Shown: positions 10,197 through 21,427 of the stretch, piece by piece | How the letters are laid out: each line of letters opens with the position of its first letter | Numbering within the stretch: the first letter of the stretch is position 1 | The notes under the pieces: model-generated | Databases searched by the model: none | What the model saw: the letters and a program-made list of their open reading frames with translations, nothing else | What the model was told of the DNA's origin: nothing | Origin: Methanobacteriota archaeon | GTDB lineage: Archaea > Thermoplasmatota > Poseidoniia > Poseidoniales > Thalassarchaeaceae | DNA: 64,000 nt | Assembly: GCA_018650285.1 (NCBI GenBank) | Contig: JABIGF010000019.1 | Location: 3,086 to 67,085 of the forward strand | Direction: 5' to 3' | Program-made: the position numbers and the translations under genes

Positions 10197-11237
10197 TCAC
10201 AAATTGTAGTATTTTCCTATCGCCGCATCGGTCTTTGCAACCGATGCTCGCCAATCCGATTCAACACCCAACAAAGCACGGATACAATCGACATTCTCTG
10301 GGATAACATCTGACTCCTGATGAATTGCTTGGAAATAATAGAGTCTGTCGCCTTGCAAACTCACACCATCTTCCCACACAAAAATCTCGTGCAAATCGCC
10401 CCACTTACGGCCGATATCCCTAGCCATTTCCATTACTTCGGCAGTAGTTGTAATTCGGTTATCAGCCCCATGCATGACGATAACTCTTGGAGTCTCTTTC
10501 CACATCTCAATAATGCTTTCAGTAGTAAGGCCGTGACCGGCTGGTAAATCAGCAACAATTGCATGAGTATGCATAATGGTTGTTGGCACTGCAACAGCCA
10601 ATGAATTGATTTCAATCTCAGGCTTGACTGTCATCACATCAGGACCGTGGTGACTAGGTACTTTGAGTACAGGTTTAATCGCATTTATTGGGCCTTTATT
10701 TGAGTCACCAGGGTCGGCAGCACGACGAATCATTGTACACTCAACCTTCAATGAACCACAATGCTCGTAAAGTGGCACAAGTGTACGGGAAAGACCTGTT
10801 GTATTGCACGAAACAACCCGTGTACCCTCGACATTGAGGTTTTCAGCATGGTTCGCTGAACTAGTGTAAGAACGGCCTGTGAGTGCGTGTTTTTCGCCAC
10901 CTTGAAACAAATATTTCACTCCGGCGGCTTGGTATTTTGCTAGATTTTCTGCACCCATTTTCCCGGGTGAACAATCGACAACAACATCGGCAATAGCCAA
11001 TAGGTCAGATAAGCCCCCTGAACAGACATAATCTTGTTCAGCAAAACGGGCAATTCTGTCTGCATCGTCAAAGGTACAGTAGAGTGGGAAACCCTTCTTC
11101 ACGGCTAAATCACAACCGAAAGATGGGCCTGTCTTTGTCACACCAACAATTTCCATATCATCTTGAGCGTCTACAGCATCTGCAACACGCTTTCCAATCG
11201 TTCCAAATCCATTTATTGCGACCTTGATTATTGACAT
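10197..11237 (-). CDS. gap: Archaeal (type II) glyceraldehyde-3-phosphate dehydrogenase
   Basis: KVAINGFGTIGKRVA, RVVSCNTTGL, PSHHGPDV, QAIHQESDVIPENVD; start moved to MSIIKV. Confidence 0.95.
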   Translation of the reverse strand: MSIIKVAINGFGTIGKRVADAVDAQDDMEIVGVTKTGPSFGCDLAVKKGFPLYCTFDDADRIARFAEQDYVCSGGLSDLLAIADVVVDCSPGKMGAENLAKYQAAGVKYLFQGGEKHALTGRSYTSSANHAENLNVEGTRVVSCNTTGLSRTLVPLYEHCGSLKVECTMIRRAADPGDSNKGPINAIKPVLKVPSHHGPDVMTVKPEIEINSLAVAVPTTIMHTHAIVADLPAGHGLTTESIIEMWKETPRVIVMHGADNRITTTAEVMEMARDIGRKWGDLHEIFVWEDGVSLQGDRLYYFQAIHQESDVIPENVDCIRALLGVESDWRASVAKTDAAIGKYYNL

Positions 11238-11452
11238 CCGCTGACCACACATACCGTTGCCGGTAATCTGCTGCGATAGCAAACCGCCTATGAACATAGC
11301 CTATGGCTAATATCCAATAGTGATATCAGTAAAAATCAGCCAAAACACAACACCTAGAGAAAAGATAAGACCTCAAAATATGGCTATTTAGTATACTTTC
11401 TTTGCGTCAGCATCAAGAACAAGTGCTCGCGCAAGGGGGTTGAGGTAGTACC

Positions 11453-13027
11453 ATGCGAGAGATGGTTGAGAAGAGCATACAATTGAATCGGGAACTCTCA
11501 TCTCTATTGGTAAGAGCACTTGAATCAAACAAGGCAATCAAGATTGGCTGGGGTAAGGGCAATGACCCAAAACCCCGCAATGGAGAGATGGGAGTAGCAT
11601 CCCATCTACCTGTAGGGGCGCGTGTCCGCTTGCTTGGAGACATTGGTGATTTAGCTGCTATTTGTGCCACTGGAGGAAATTTCACACTTGAAGGTGAATC
11701 TGGTGGTTGGTTTGGTGCATGGAATAGAGGTGCTAAACTAGTCGTAGAAAAAGAGTGTGGCGCTCGTATTGGCTTGAAAATGGAAGATGGCCAGATTGTA
11801 TGTCACGGCTCTGCTGGAGCAGAGGCTGGTGCTGGAATGTCTGGCGGATTAATTGTAGTCCGAGGTTCTGCTGGAAAGCGGGCTGGAGCAGGGATGAAAG
11901 GAGGTTTACTCATCATCATGGGTGATGCTGCATCAGACATTGGTACAAATATGCAAGGTGGAGAAATCATCGTCAACGGACGCTGCCCACCACCAGGCGA
12001 AGGTGCAGAAAGTATTCCACTAAGCAGCAAACGATTCGCAGAAATCAATGAGATACTATCAGAACACAATTTCAAAATTGACTCTGATGCTGCTGTCATA
12101 GTCTCAGATTCAGAACACCCCACGGTAGTTCAAACACCAACCAAGGGAATTGACTCGCAATATGAATCAATCACTATGGTCTCAGCAGGAAATCCTAGGC
12201 TCCATGACCACGCTCCTCTAGATTTGTTAACCCTCGTACCACTAAGAGGGCAAGAAAAGGGAATGCTACTACCATTGCCAATTATCCCAATAGTCGATAG
12301 TGGCAAAGGCCTTGTTGGTGACTTCCTTAATCGCCAACCCTGTATGGTAAACTCAAAACCTAGGTCAATTGATCTACTACGAATTACAGAATCAAATATT
12401 CATACCTGCACCGATGACCTTGACGATGCGGCTGGTGTAGTCATCTGTCTTGAAGAACTTCCACGCATGAATGATGCTGAATTAGATGCGTTGATTTCGT
12501 TGCTGAAATCTAGACTTGCTGATGAAAAATTCGTGCTACTTGGCGGCGGAGTTGACCGAATATCTCTGATTCACCGTCTTGCTGCCGCACTCGACTGCGA
12601 TGGTGCGATTGCTAATGCTGCCACTGCAGCAAACCTTCCTGCTTGTGCAACCTTACCAATGGTTGGACTCTCTGCAAGAGAACATCAATTAACTCGAAAA
12701 GGTGTTTCACAAGGAGTTGTTATTTCTTGGGCTGCTGACGCTAGTGACGCTCTAATTACCGCAGCAGCGGGTGCTCAATTCATCGTATCAAATCCATTTG
12801 CTAATAGTGAAGTGCCAAAAACCAGCAAAGCAATAACTGCTGCAATCGAGGATTGGCTTGCTAACATAGATGCTGAGATTCGTGGCCATCTAATTGAAAT
12901 CGGTGAAGATGGAATTGACCAACTTAACCGCCGACATCTTAGAGCACTAGACTCTGATACAGCAAATATGACTGGCATCCGTCTAGCAGGATATGACAGA
13001 CCAATGCCACAATGGCTTGGACAGTGA
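11453..13027 (+). CDS. GXGXG beta-helix (GltB domain 3/FwdC-like) protein with divergent FMN-barrel-like C-terminal domain
   Basis: Repeats GAGMSGGLIVVRGSAGKRAGAGMKGG; C-terminus LNRRHLRALD...AGY resembles the end of the glutamate synthase FMN domain. Confidence 0.65.
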   Translation: MREMVEKSIQLNRELSSLLVRALESNKAIKIGWGKGNDPKPRNGEMGVASHLPVGARVRLLGDIGDLAAICATGGNFTLEGESGGWFGAWNRGAKLVVEKECGARIGLKMEDGQIVCHGSAGAEAGAGMSGGLIVVRGSAGKRAGAGMKGGLLIIMGDAASDIGTNMQGGEIIVNGRCPPPGEGAESIPLSSKRFAEINEILSEHNFKIDSDAAVIVSDSEHPTVVQTPTKGIDSQYESITMVSAGNPRLHDHAPLDLLTLVPLRGQEKGMLLPLPIIPIVDSGKGLVGDFLNRQPCMVNSKPRSIDLLRITESNIHTCTDDLDDAAGVVICLEELPRMNDAELDALISLLKSRLADEKFVLLGGGVDRISLIHRLAAALDCDGAIANAATAANLPACATLPMVGLSAREHQLTRKGVSQGVVISWAADASDALITAAAGAQFIVSNPFANSEVPKTSKAITAAIEDWLANIDAEIRGHLIEIGEDGIDQLNRRHLRALDSDTANMTGIRLAGYDRPMPQWLGQ

Positions 13028-13040
13028 AGGGGGAAGCGGG

Positions 13041-14801
13041 ATGCCAACCGTCAAATTTGAACACGATGTTCTAAAAATTATCCAACTAGGTGGAGATGTT
13101 ACTCACGACCCTAAACTTTGGAATGACCATCTCAGCCAGATAGGATGCGTCGTTGAAGAATGCAATGAAGAAAGCGTTGAAATTGAGGTCTTTCCTGACC
13201 GACCTGACCTACTCAGTGCTGAAACCATGGCTTATGCAGCAAGGACCTTCTTGCATGGGAAGGCGGCACAACCTGAATTGCCCGTTACAAGTGGTAGTAT
13301 CACTATGGCAGTTGACCCCTCTTTGGAAAATGTACGCCCAATCATCTACGGAGCGGTTGTTCGTGGAGTTGACCAAGGGCACACAGCAGAGGCTAGAGAT
13401 AACTTCATCCAGGGTTTGATGGACCATCAAGAAAAACTCCATTTCGCCCTTGGGCGAGGGAGAAAACGGTCATCGATTGGAGTGCACGACCTATCAAGAC
13501 TCAAACCTCCTTTTAGAGTGATTACTGTTGATTCCAAATACAAATTCACACCTCTAGCAATGGTGGAAAAAATGAGTATTGAAGAGATTCTTACAAGCCA
13601 TCCAAAAGGTGTTGATTATGCACACCTACTAGATGGATTTGATAGATTCCCAGTAATTCTTGACGCTTCAGAAGATGTCATATCTTTCCCTCCAATAATT
13701 AACGGAGCACATACGACAGTGACTGAAAACACCACCGATTTCTTCATTGATGTAACGGGTTGGGACCAACGTTCTTGTGAATCATCACTGCTTCTAGTAT
13801 GCCTATCTCTTGCCCTTCACGGTGGAACTGTTGAAAGTATTGAATTGACTGATTGGCAAGGTAATACTACTACCTGCCCGAATGGGTCTGCGCAGACACA
13901 TTCACTACCTCAAGTTCTTCTTGAAGATGTTCTTGGGCGACAATTTAGTGACAGTGAGGTTGCTGAAGCGATAAATCGCATGGGTGGTAAATTACTACGC
14001 CGTCGCGTCATTACTGATGGACCACGTACACGTGAACGTTGGGCTGATGGGGCAGCGGGTAGCGATGAATATCTAATTGAAATGCCCCGCTGGCGAGCTG
14101 ATATCTTGCATCCAATTGATTTGGTTGAAGAGGTTGCTACTGGGATTGGATTTGAAGACTTAGGTGTTGCAACATCAACACAAAGCATTGCTGGGAAACC
14201 GCTGACGAAAATGACACTAAACCGCAGAATTAGAGAATGCATGCAAGGCTGTGGGATGCAACAGATTCAATCACTAACGCTTTCAAACGAAAGTGATCAA
14301 TTCACCAAAATGAGAAATGCAACCAAGGGCGATGTTACTCAATTGCATAATCCGATTACAACTGAGCACACGATAATGAGACAATATCTTCTACCAAGTT
14401 TACTCAGACTTTTAGCAGCAAATCGCCATCATGAATTACCTCAAAGAGTGTATGAGATGGGTACTGTCGTGCACGACCATCACAACCGAGATAGAGTCGC
14501 TTGGGCATGTGCCGAAGTTGGCACCGGATTTACCGGAGCCAAAGGAATTGCCGAAGCACTACTTCGTGACTTGGGTGCTGTCAGTGAAAATTTGGATGTG
14601 ACTTACCGAGCCACTAAAGATGGACGCGGACCGTGGCTAACTGGCCGTGGTGCCGAAGTCAGAATTTCAGGAGAGTTAGTTGGCACAATTGGTGAAATCG
14701 ACCCTGCTGTTGCCGATTTATTCGAGTTGCGAGTTCCTATTCAGGCGGGAGAATTCAATGTGGAGAAATTGAATAAACTCATCTCGGACCCTGTCCATTA
14801 A
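13041..14801 (+). CDS. pheT: Phenylalanine--tRNA ligase beta subunit
   Basis: DRPDLLS, QEKLHFALGRGR, SFPPIIN, RADILHPIDLVEEVA; start moved to MPTVKF. Confidence 0.95.
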   Translation: MPTVKFEHDVLKIIQLGGDVTHDPKLWNDHLSQIGCVVEECNEESVEIEVFPDRPDLLSAETMAYAARTFLHGKAAQPELPVTSGSITMAVDPSLENVRPIIYGAVVRGVDQGHTAEARDNFIQGLMDHQEKLHFALGRGRKRSSIGVHDLSRLKPPFRVITVDSKYKFTPLAMVEKMSIEEILTSHPKGVDYAHLLDGFDRFPVILDASEDVISFPPIINGAHTTVTENTTDFFIDVTGWDQRSCESSLLLVCLSLALHGGTVESIELTDWQGNTTTCPNGSAQTHSLPQVLLEDVLGRQFSDSEVAEAINRMGGKLLRRRVITDGPRTRERWADGAAGSDEYLIEMPRWRADILHPIDLVEEVATGIGFEDLGVATSTQSIAGKPLTKMTLNRRIRECMQGCGMQQIQSLTLSNESDQFTKMRNATKGDVTQLHNPITTEHTIMRQYLLPSLLRLLAANRHHELPQRVYEMGTVVHDHHNRDRVAWACAEVGTGFTGAKGIAEALLRDLGAVSENLDVTYRATKDGRGPWLTGRGAEVRISGELVGTIGEIDPAVADLFELRVPIQAGEFNVEKLNKLISDPVH

Positions 14802-15155
14802 TCAAGCCGAATAAGGTGCGAAAGAACCGTCATCTCCCTTGATATAGGCAGTGGGTTCAAAGGAGCCATCTGAATTTTTCATGTACCAATATCCATCAGT
14901 GCCCTGTTGGTAATCCATTTCGGCCTCATTATCATCATCACTCTCAATTACGGTTTGTGAAATTATCTCTTTCCCTGCCTCACCGCCCAGATGAGGTTTT
15001 GTCAATAGGTCAAGCGCTGCCTTGTAATCATCATCCTCCACATGACTTCTATCAGACAATACCCCTTCAGCATGTGAATCATCTCTGTTGTATGTTACAA
15101 CTTTTTGTCCTTCGGGCTCCGCCGCCTTTTTCTTGAATGGCCACAATCTTCTCAT
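14802..15155 (-). CDS. Small acidic hypothetical protein
   Basis: MRRLWPFKKK start; C-terminal repeated DG(S/Y)-aromatic hairpin-like motifs; fills the intergenic gap. Confidence 0.6.
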   Translation of the reverse strand: MRRLWPFKKKAAEPEGQKVVTYNRDDSHAEGVLSDRSHVEDDDYKAALDLLTKPHLGGEAGKEIISQTVIESDDDNEAEMDYQQGTDGYWYMKNSDGSFEPTAYIKGDDGSFAPYSA

Positions 15156-15279
15156 CGTACTGCGAACTGGGTATTTCCCCTTAGAATGAACGTATGGAAA
15201 GGCTGTTTTTAGCATATTTTCTCAATATCAACACACAACCCATAGCAACTATTCAAGAACCAAAACAACTCGGAGAGCC

Positions 15280-17541
15280 ATGCGAAGGTGGCAACTTCTC
15301 CACTTTCTGATCATATTATTCTTAGTCACATCAACAGTCCTACCTGCATTTATCCAACTGAATAACTTCGAAGACGAAGGTTTCACTTTTTCTACAGAGT
15401 TAATTGAATCAGATACAACGAGTTGGACGGGGAACTCCTCAAATTATTCTAGCAACCTATCATGGGGGCCAAATTCAGGCCTCAATGCCTACGCTTCAGT
15501 TGGCATGCCAATCACAATGTCTGTCAACATCTCAAATGGAGCAAACATTACTGATACCGTTGATTTCAAATTAACGAGTATTGTTGGTTGGGATTGTATC
15601 TGGTTTGCAACAGTCATCCCCTGCCACCAACCTACTCAAATCATCATCGCCCCAGGTGAATTGGGTTGGCCAAAATACACAATTACAGTCCCTGAAGTTG
15701 TTGATGGTGTGCCACTTGCATTCGTACGTCACGATTTTCAATTAACTGCTACGTCAAGTATTGATGGCGCCCAAATACCTTACAATTTCACCCTAGAGCC
15801 TGACGAGTTCTACCAAGCCGAATTTGACTCACCGAGCATAAACATAACACTTGATCCCGGCAACAAAGAGAGACGAACATTTACTGCCAGAAATAGTGGT
15901 AATTCACCTGCATCCTTGGTCGCACGCGTGGTTCCGTTAGCAAATGATGGGCAACCCATCAACGGGTTCCCTCCCGACCTTTCATTCCAACACAATGGTT
16001 GGTTAGTAGGTCTATTCAATTATCACAACCTCAATGGATTAGGCGGAAATGGAATGGCAGCAAACGCTCAAGCAACTATTGATGTTGAAGTTCAACCTCC
16101 CTCCTTAACAACTGGCGAAATTAGAATTGGAATCATATTATGGAGTGCTAATAACCCATCAGATACCAAATTAATTGAAATTAATTCAAGTATTCAATGG
16201 CAACGTAATGGTAGCCTATCGATTGATGACAATTGTGATGATAATGATGTGATGCCTGACGCAAGTTGTTTAGTTGAAATTTCAATTACAAATCTTGGAA
16301 ATTTTGAAGATGCCTTTGAACTAACGGTTGATTCAACAGAGTGGTTAACACCTATTCTATCGCGTGCAACAACAGTTGTTGCCAAAGGAGAGACTCAAGA
16401 AACTGCCACCTTGATTCTTATCGTAAATGGTATGGTTCCTGCTTTCAGCCATGGTCAAGCGACAATCACGCTGAAACTCAACAATGGCGAAATATTGGGG
16501 AGTGAAACTGTTGAAATGCGTGTCGCACCCTTAGTGGCATGGGAACTAAATGCGGTTGAGAGTAGCACTGACGCACTAGACAATGTTTCAGTCGCGTTTA
16601 CGATGCGTAATCTAGGGAATGGTGATGATGGACTACAAGTCACCTTACATGTAGACATGAATGTTGAGCACGGTTTCATCCCTCCTGAACAAGCCCAGCA
16701 TGGGTCAACCGTTGGAGCTCCACGATACTTTGAAATTGAGCAAATACCGCCTAGCGTAAACCTAACTTTTCGGGCTTGGATGCACATCCCTCGCGACACG
16801 GATGCTAATGGGACAATTACGATGACTGTTGAGATGCAGAGCACCCTGATCCCTACAACCGTATTCAGTAATGTGACTCAAGCCAATTATTTAGCAGAAG
16901 AATGGCGTCCAGAAAACATACCTGAAGAAACATTTTGGTTGGATATTGAAATTGCGGCCGCAGAGTTTTGGAACGAATATAATGGATTATTTCTGACAAT
17001 TCTTGTCGTGCTTGCTGGGGCGCTTGGGCTCTTACAAGCACTGAAACACCGTGAAGCAAAAGATACTGCATGGAGAGCGAAGTTGGCTGCTGCCGAGCCA
17101 CCATTGCCAGAAAAACCAGAAGATTGGATGCTGAAATTCAGCCACAATGCAGCTGCTGCACCAAAGGCGGTAGTAGGGGCAGTGATTGAAGCGCCAAAAA
17201 TGGCTGCCAAAGTCTTTACAGACATATTTGCTTCAAAGTCGCCTCCAAAGCGGGAAGAAAAAGTGAAGCCATCTGAGGAATTGCTAGATGCAGCAAATAC
17301 AGTACTTGTCCATCATGAAACTACCAAAGAGGGTGATTTACTAGATGACTTAGCCAGTTCCTTAGTGGTTGAGAAAGCATCTCATCCAGCCAACGATCTA
17401 TTTCCAGAAGTGGAAGCCGATTCTGGTCGAACAGTAAGAAAACCAAAGCGAGCCGCTCGCCAAATAAAAGACGCAAATAGCAAGAAAGCAGTGAAAAAGG
17501 ACATTCCTCAAAAAGAGGATGAATTTGACCTCGACCTCTGA
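15280..17541 (+). CDS. Membrane-anchored surface protein with tandem Ig-like domains (COG1470-like)
   Basis: Signal anchor, repeated N-x-G-N motifs, TM helix near residue 570, charged tail. Confidence 0.7.
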   Translation: MRRWQLLHFLIILFLVTSTVLPAFIQLNNFEDEGFTFSTELIESDTTSWTGNSSNYSSNLSWGPNSGLNAYASVGMPITMSVNISNGANITDTVDFKLTSIVGWDCIWFATVIPCHQPTQIIIAPGELGWPKYTITVPEVVDGVPLAFVRHDFQLTATSSIDGAQIPYNFTLEPDEFYQAEFDSPSINITLDPGNKERRTFTARNSGNSPASLVARVVPLANDGQPINGFPPDLSFQHNGWLVGLFNYHNLNGLGGNGMAANAQATIDVEVQPPSLTTGEIRIGIILWSANNPSDTKLIEINSSIQWQRNGSLSIDDNCDDNDVMPDASCLVEISITNLGNFEDAFELTVDSTEWLTPILSRATTVVAKGETQETATLILIVNGMVPAFSHGQATITLKLNNGEILGSETVEMRVAPLVAWELNAVESSTDALDNVSVAFTMRNLGNGDDGLQVTLHVDMNVEHGFIPPEQAQHGSTVGAPRYFEIEQIPPSVNLTFRAWMHIPRDTDANGTITMTVEMQSTLIPTTVFSNVTQANYLAEEWRPENIPEETFWLDIEIAAAEFWNEYNGLFLTILVVLAGALGLLQALKHREAKDTAWRAKLAAAEPPLPEKPEDWMLKFSHNAAAAPKAVVGAVIEAPKMAAKVFTDIFASKSPPKREEKVKPSEELLDAANTVLVHHETTKEGDLLDDLASSLVVEKASHPANDLFPEVEADSGRTVRKPKRAARQIKDANSKKAVKKDIPQKEDEFDLDL

Positions 17542-17610
17542 AGTGACATTATGCTGAGCGAAAACCTCTCAACAATAGAGCAAATGTGCGTCATGTAGGG
17601 AGGTGTCTGA

Positions 17611-18384
17611 ATGTGGCTTGCAGGAATTGATGAAGCAGGCCGAGGACCATGTATTGGGCCACTTGTAGTCGCCATAGTAGCAATCCCTCATTCAGACTTA
17701 CATCTTCTAGATGAGCAAGGAATTGATGATTCAAAGAAGATGACATATCACCAACGATTGGATTCTTACAATTGGTTGCAACAACAAGCGAAGGAAAGGG
17801 GCTGGGTAATACAATCATTCAGTGCAGCCCCTGGCCAAATTGACAACTGGATGGAATCGCATTCACTAAACGAATTAGAAGTTGAAATGTTTGCTAACTT
17901 GGCAAACAAAATGCAAGATGATATCAAATCACATGGGAATGACAGCACAAAAAGTTCAGATAGCAATGAAAATAGTATTCTTCATCTTGATGCTTGCGAT
18001 GTTAACGAACAACGATTTGGCGACAACATCGCAACAAGACTTGATAGTTGGCCGTGGAAGAATTGGGAAATATTGAGTGAACATGGTGCTGATGCCAACT
18101 ACAAAATAGTCGGTGCGGCATCAATAATTGCCAAACATGAACGCGACCTAGAAATTGACAAACTGAAAGAAAAAAGTGGTTTAGATATTGGTTCGGGCTA
18201 CCCATCCGACCCAAAGACAATTGCAGTATTGCCTAAATTGGTCAGTGGCAGTGAACCTCACGAAATGTTACGTTGGGCTTGGAAAACTACTGAACGCTCT
18301 TGGCAAGAAATACATGACGGGAATATTCCTATCCGCCCACATCAAACACCCCTCTTCAAAAAGAAGAACCTCTTTGATTTTTGA
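17611..18384 (+). CDS. rnhB: Ribonuclease HII
   Basis: GIDEAGRGP, DDSKK, VGAASIIAK, GSGYPSDPKT; GGAGGTG SD upstream. Confidence 0.95.
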   Translation: MWLAGIDEAGRGPCIGPLVVAIVAIPHSDLHLLDEQGIDDSKKMTYHQRLDSYNWLQQQAKERGWVIQSFSAAPGQIDNWMESHSLNELEVEMFANLANKMQDDIKSHGNDSTKSSDSNENSILHLDACDVNEQRFGDNIATRLDSWPWKNWEILSEHGADANYKIVGAASIIAKHERDLEIDKLKEKSGLDIGSGYPSDPKTIAVLPKLVSGSEPHEMLRWAWKTTERSWQEIHDGNIPIRPHQTPLFKKKNLFDF

Positions 18385-18442
18385 CATTTTGACTATCTAT
18401 ATGCGGGTTAGGCTCAAGAGTCTTGAGCAATGCCGCAACTAC

Positions 18443-20185
18443 ATGAGTGAGTGGGTCCCTGACGAAGCGACCACTCGCTTGATTCGCAAGTATGCAATGC
18501 AAAATGCCCTTGAATACGATGGCAAAGGCCAAGCAGGTTCAGTGCAAGGAAGGATTCTAGGAGAAGTGGAAGCACTTCGCCCACACGCAAAATATCTGTT
18601 CGGTATTCTTGGACCTGCCGTTGAAGAAGCAAATTTGTTGTGGCACACCGAAGGTGCTGAAGCAGTAAAATCTGTTTTGGAATCCGAAGCACCTGAAGCT
18701 CTTGAAAAGCGTGTAAAAGAAAGACGTATTGGATTACCTGAATTACCTAATGCAGTCGATGGAGAGGTTGTGCTTCGTTTTGCTCCTAATCCAAACGGCC
18801 CACTTACATTAGGCCACAGTCGTGGAGTCATCATCAATTCACAATACGCTGAAATGTACAATGGAAAAATGATTCTTAGATTTGATGACACCGATACTAA
18901 AATTAAACGACCAGATTTGAAAGCGTATGATTGGATAATACAGGATTTTACCTGGCTTTCTGGAAAAGAACCCGACCTAATTCTTGAAGCATCAGCAAGA
19001 ATGCCGGAATATCTGACTCATGCCAATGAGTTCATCGCTGCTAATCACATGTATGTCTGCACCTGCACTGCTGAGGATTTCAGAGAGTTGAGAGTAGCAA
19101 AATCTGAATGCCCATGTCGCGCCAATACCGCTGAAAAGAATAGCGAATTGTGGAGACAAATGAATGATTCAGATGGCAGCCTTGTTGAAGGCGATGCTGT
19201 AGTTAGAGTACGCACCGGTATGGACAACAAGAACCCCGCCTTACGTGACTGGCCGGCGTGGAGAATACAAAGAGCGCCTCATCCAAAGGTTGGAGAAAAG
19301 TATCGAGTTTGGCCACTTCTTGACTTTCAAAGTGCGGTTGAAGACCACCTTCAAGGCGTCACTCACATCATCCGCGGCAAGGATTTGATGGACTCTACTA
19401 GAAAACAAAAATTGCTCTATGATATGGTTGGCTGGAAATACCCTGAAACGCTATACTGGGGGCGTGTCAAAGTGCATGAGTTCGGTGGTTTCAGCACATC
19501 ACAGATGAAAAAAGATATTCAATCAGGCCAATTTTCGGGATGGGATGACCCTCGATTACCGACCATCAGTGCATTGCGGCGCCGAGGATATGATGCTGGA
19601 GCCATGACGAAATTCTGGATAGATATGGGCCTGACTCAGAAGGACATCTCAGTCCCTATGTCTACGCTGAACAGTCTCAACGCCAAGGCGGTCAATGCAG
19701 AGGCACCACGGCTAACATTTGTGCGCGAACCAGTGAGCATCAGGCTAGATTTAGGAGATGGGTTCGAAAGTCCTGCCAAAGTCACCTTGCCCATCCACCC
19801 TGAACATCTAGACAAGGGAGTACGAGAATGGCCACTTGGAGAAGGGGTCATCAAGGTGAAGATTGCTAAAGAAGATTTTACATCACGTGAAGAAAGGCGT
19901 TTGAAGGATTTTGCAGACATAGGAATCAAGCATCAAAAAACGATTCACGGATGGGAGAGTGAAATCATACGAACCGAACGCGTTGGCAACACCCCGATTA
20001 TTCATTGGCTACCTAGCAATATGGCAAAACCTGCAGTATTGCTGCTTGAAGAAGAAGGCGAATTGATTGCAGCTGAAGGTTTGCTAGAGATCAATGATTA
20101 CCCTGTCGGAACGGTGGTTCAACTGGAAAGGATGGGTTTTGCTCGGATAGAAAGCAATGAAATCATGATATGGACTCACTCTTGA
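18443..20185 (+). CDS. gltX: Glutamate--tRNA ligase
   Basis: RFAPNPNGPLTLGH, RFDDTD, THIIRGKD, GWDDPRLPT; start moved to MSEWVPDE to avoid overlapping rnhB. Confidence 0.95.
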   Translation: MSEWVPDEATTRLIRKYAMQNALEYDGKGQAGSVQGRILGEVEALRPHAKYLFGILGPAVEEANLLWHTEGAEAVKSVLESEAPEALEKRVKERRIGLPELPNAVDGEVVLRFAPNPNGPLTLGHSRGVIINSQYAEMYNGKMILRFDDTDTKIKRPDLKAYDWIIQDFTWLSGKEPDLILEASARMPEYLTHANEFIAANHMYVCTCTAEDFRELRVAKSECPCRANTAEKNSELWRQMNDSDGSLVEGDAVVRVRTGMDNKNPALRDWPAWRIQRAPHPKVGEKYRVWPLLDFQSAVEDHLQGVTHIIRGKDLMDSTRKQKLLYDMVGWKYPETLYWGRVKVHEFGGFSTSQMKKDIQSGQFSGWDDPRLPTISALRRRGYDAGAMTKFWIDMGLTQKDISVPMSTLNSLNAKAVNAEAPRLTFVREPVSIRLDLGDGFESPAKVTLPIHPEHLDKGVREWPLGEGVIKVKIAKEDFTSREERRLKDFADIGIKHQKTIHGWESEIIRTERVGNTPIIHWLPSNMAKPAVLLLEEEGELIAAEGLLEINDYPVGTVVQLERMGFARIESNEIMIWTHS

Positions 20186-20251
20186 ATAATTTGACTGATT
20201 GTAGAGGTTGCATACAGAAATTACAAAACCTAAACCCACATAGAGTCAAAT

Positions 20252-20821
20252 ATGAATACAGGTGCTAAAATTACCTTGGCAATCGGTGGAATTATTGTTT
20301 TACTAGGCGTCATTACGATTGTGATGGCTGGACCTTCTGCAAAGCAATATTATGTCAATCCATCAGATGAGGTACAATGGAGAACTGATTCAACAACAAA
20401 TGAAACAATTCCTCTTTCAGATGAGACTTACGAATTATTTGTCAAAAATGGGGCAGAATATCATAATCTATCAATTACAGACTCTAGTGGCAATGAATTG
20501 TTTCTAGGCGAACACTGTGAAGAATATGATGGTGAAGAAGCATCTTGTGAATATGAATGGATTGAAATCGGATATTTTGATGCCTACGATTGCCCTTGTA
20601 AAATTACTGTTAACTCAACAGAAGACATCATCTTTACAGTCTATGGAGAGGCTGGAGAAAAAACCGATGTTGATGGATATTTCATGTCCTTTTGTGGCGG
20701 AATTATTGCAATACTATCGGGAATTGTTCTCCTAGCTGTTGGTGGAGGAATCTCTCTATTCAGCAAAAAAACCAATGTTAACATTGCACCAGCAATTCAA
20801 CAACAATACCCACCACAATGA
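20252..20821 (+). CDS. Hypothetical membrane protein
   Basis: N- and C-terminal TM helices around an acidic, Cys-containing domain. Confidence 0.65.
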   Translation: MNTGAKITLAIGGIIVLLGVITIVMAGPSAKQYYVNPSDEVQWRTDSTTNETIPLSDETYELFVKNGAEYHNLSITDSSGNELFLGEHCEEYDGEEASCEYEWIEIGYFDAYDCPCKITVNSTEDIIFTVYGEAGEKTDVDGYFMSFCGGIIAILSGIVLLAVGGGISLFSKKTNVNIAPAIQQQYPPQ

Positions 20822-20822
20822 A

Positions 20823-21251
20823 TCATTCATGCTGTGCTAAACGCTTGATAGCAGGCCTTGATTCAATGTGAGCAAGTGCTTCACGGTAATCATTAGGAGA
20901 GAAATATCCGGCAAAGGCGCCATCAGAATCTACAGCAACAACTGCATGTGGTTTACGTTCATTCATTTGAGTAATAATGTCGTCAACACTGTCGTGCTGA
21001 CCTACTTCCATGACATCAGCATCCATGTGTGCACCAACGGTTTCACTAGATGTATCCGCACCACTAGCAACTGCAGCAAGAACTTGATTAGGAGTCAAAA
21101 TACCCTTTACTTTCTTATCATCTCCAAGAACGACAAGTATTCCACGTCCAAGTTCTAACAACTTCCCAGCAGCGTCAGTTATTGACGCATCCATATCTAC
21201 AACATCGTGCTCATCTGTCAAAATTAAATCTGATACCTTCACATCATCCAT
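20823..21251 (-). CDS. CBS-domain protein
   Basis: Two CBS repeats (VLGDDKKVKGILT; VAVDSDGAFAGYFS). Confidence 0.8.
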   Translation of the reverse strand: MDDVKVSDLILTDEHDVVDMDASITDAAGKLLELGRGILVVLGDDKKVKGILTPNQVLAAVASGADTSSETVGAHMDADVMEVGQHDSVDDIITQMNERKPHAVVAVDSDGAFAGYFSPNDYREALAHIESRPAIKRLAQHE

Positions 21252-21427
21252 AATAGACCACTAACACCGAGGCGGGCCTTCAGGTTCATGAATCTGTTGG
21301 ACTTACAATCACAGCCATACATAGTAACTACGGTGATTTTGACATACCCAAGAAGTAGCATAAAATGAGCCCTTTGACCCGTTCCCTTCAAAGAGTCAAC
21401 AATACCCACAAGTGCTGGGGATGTAAT

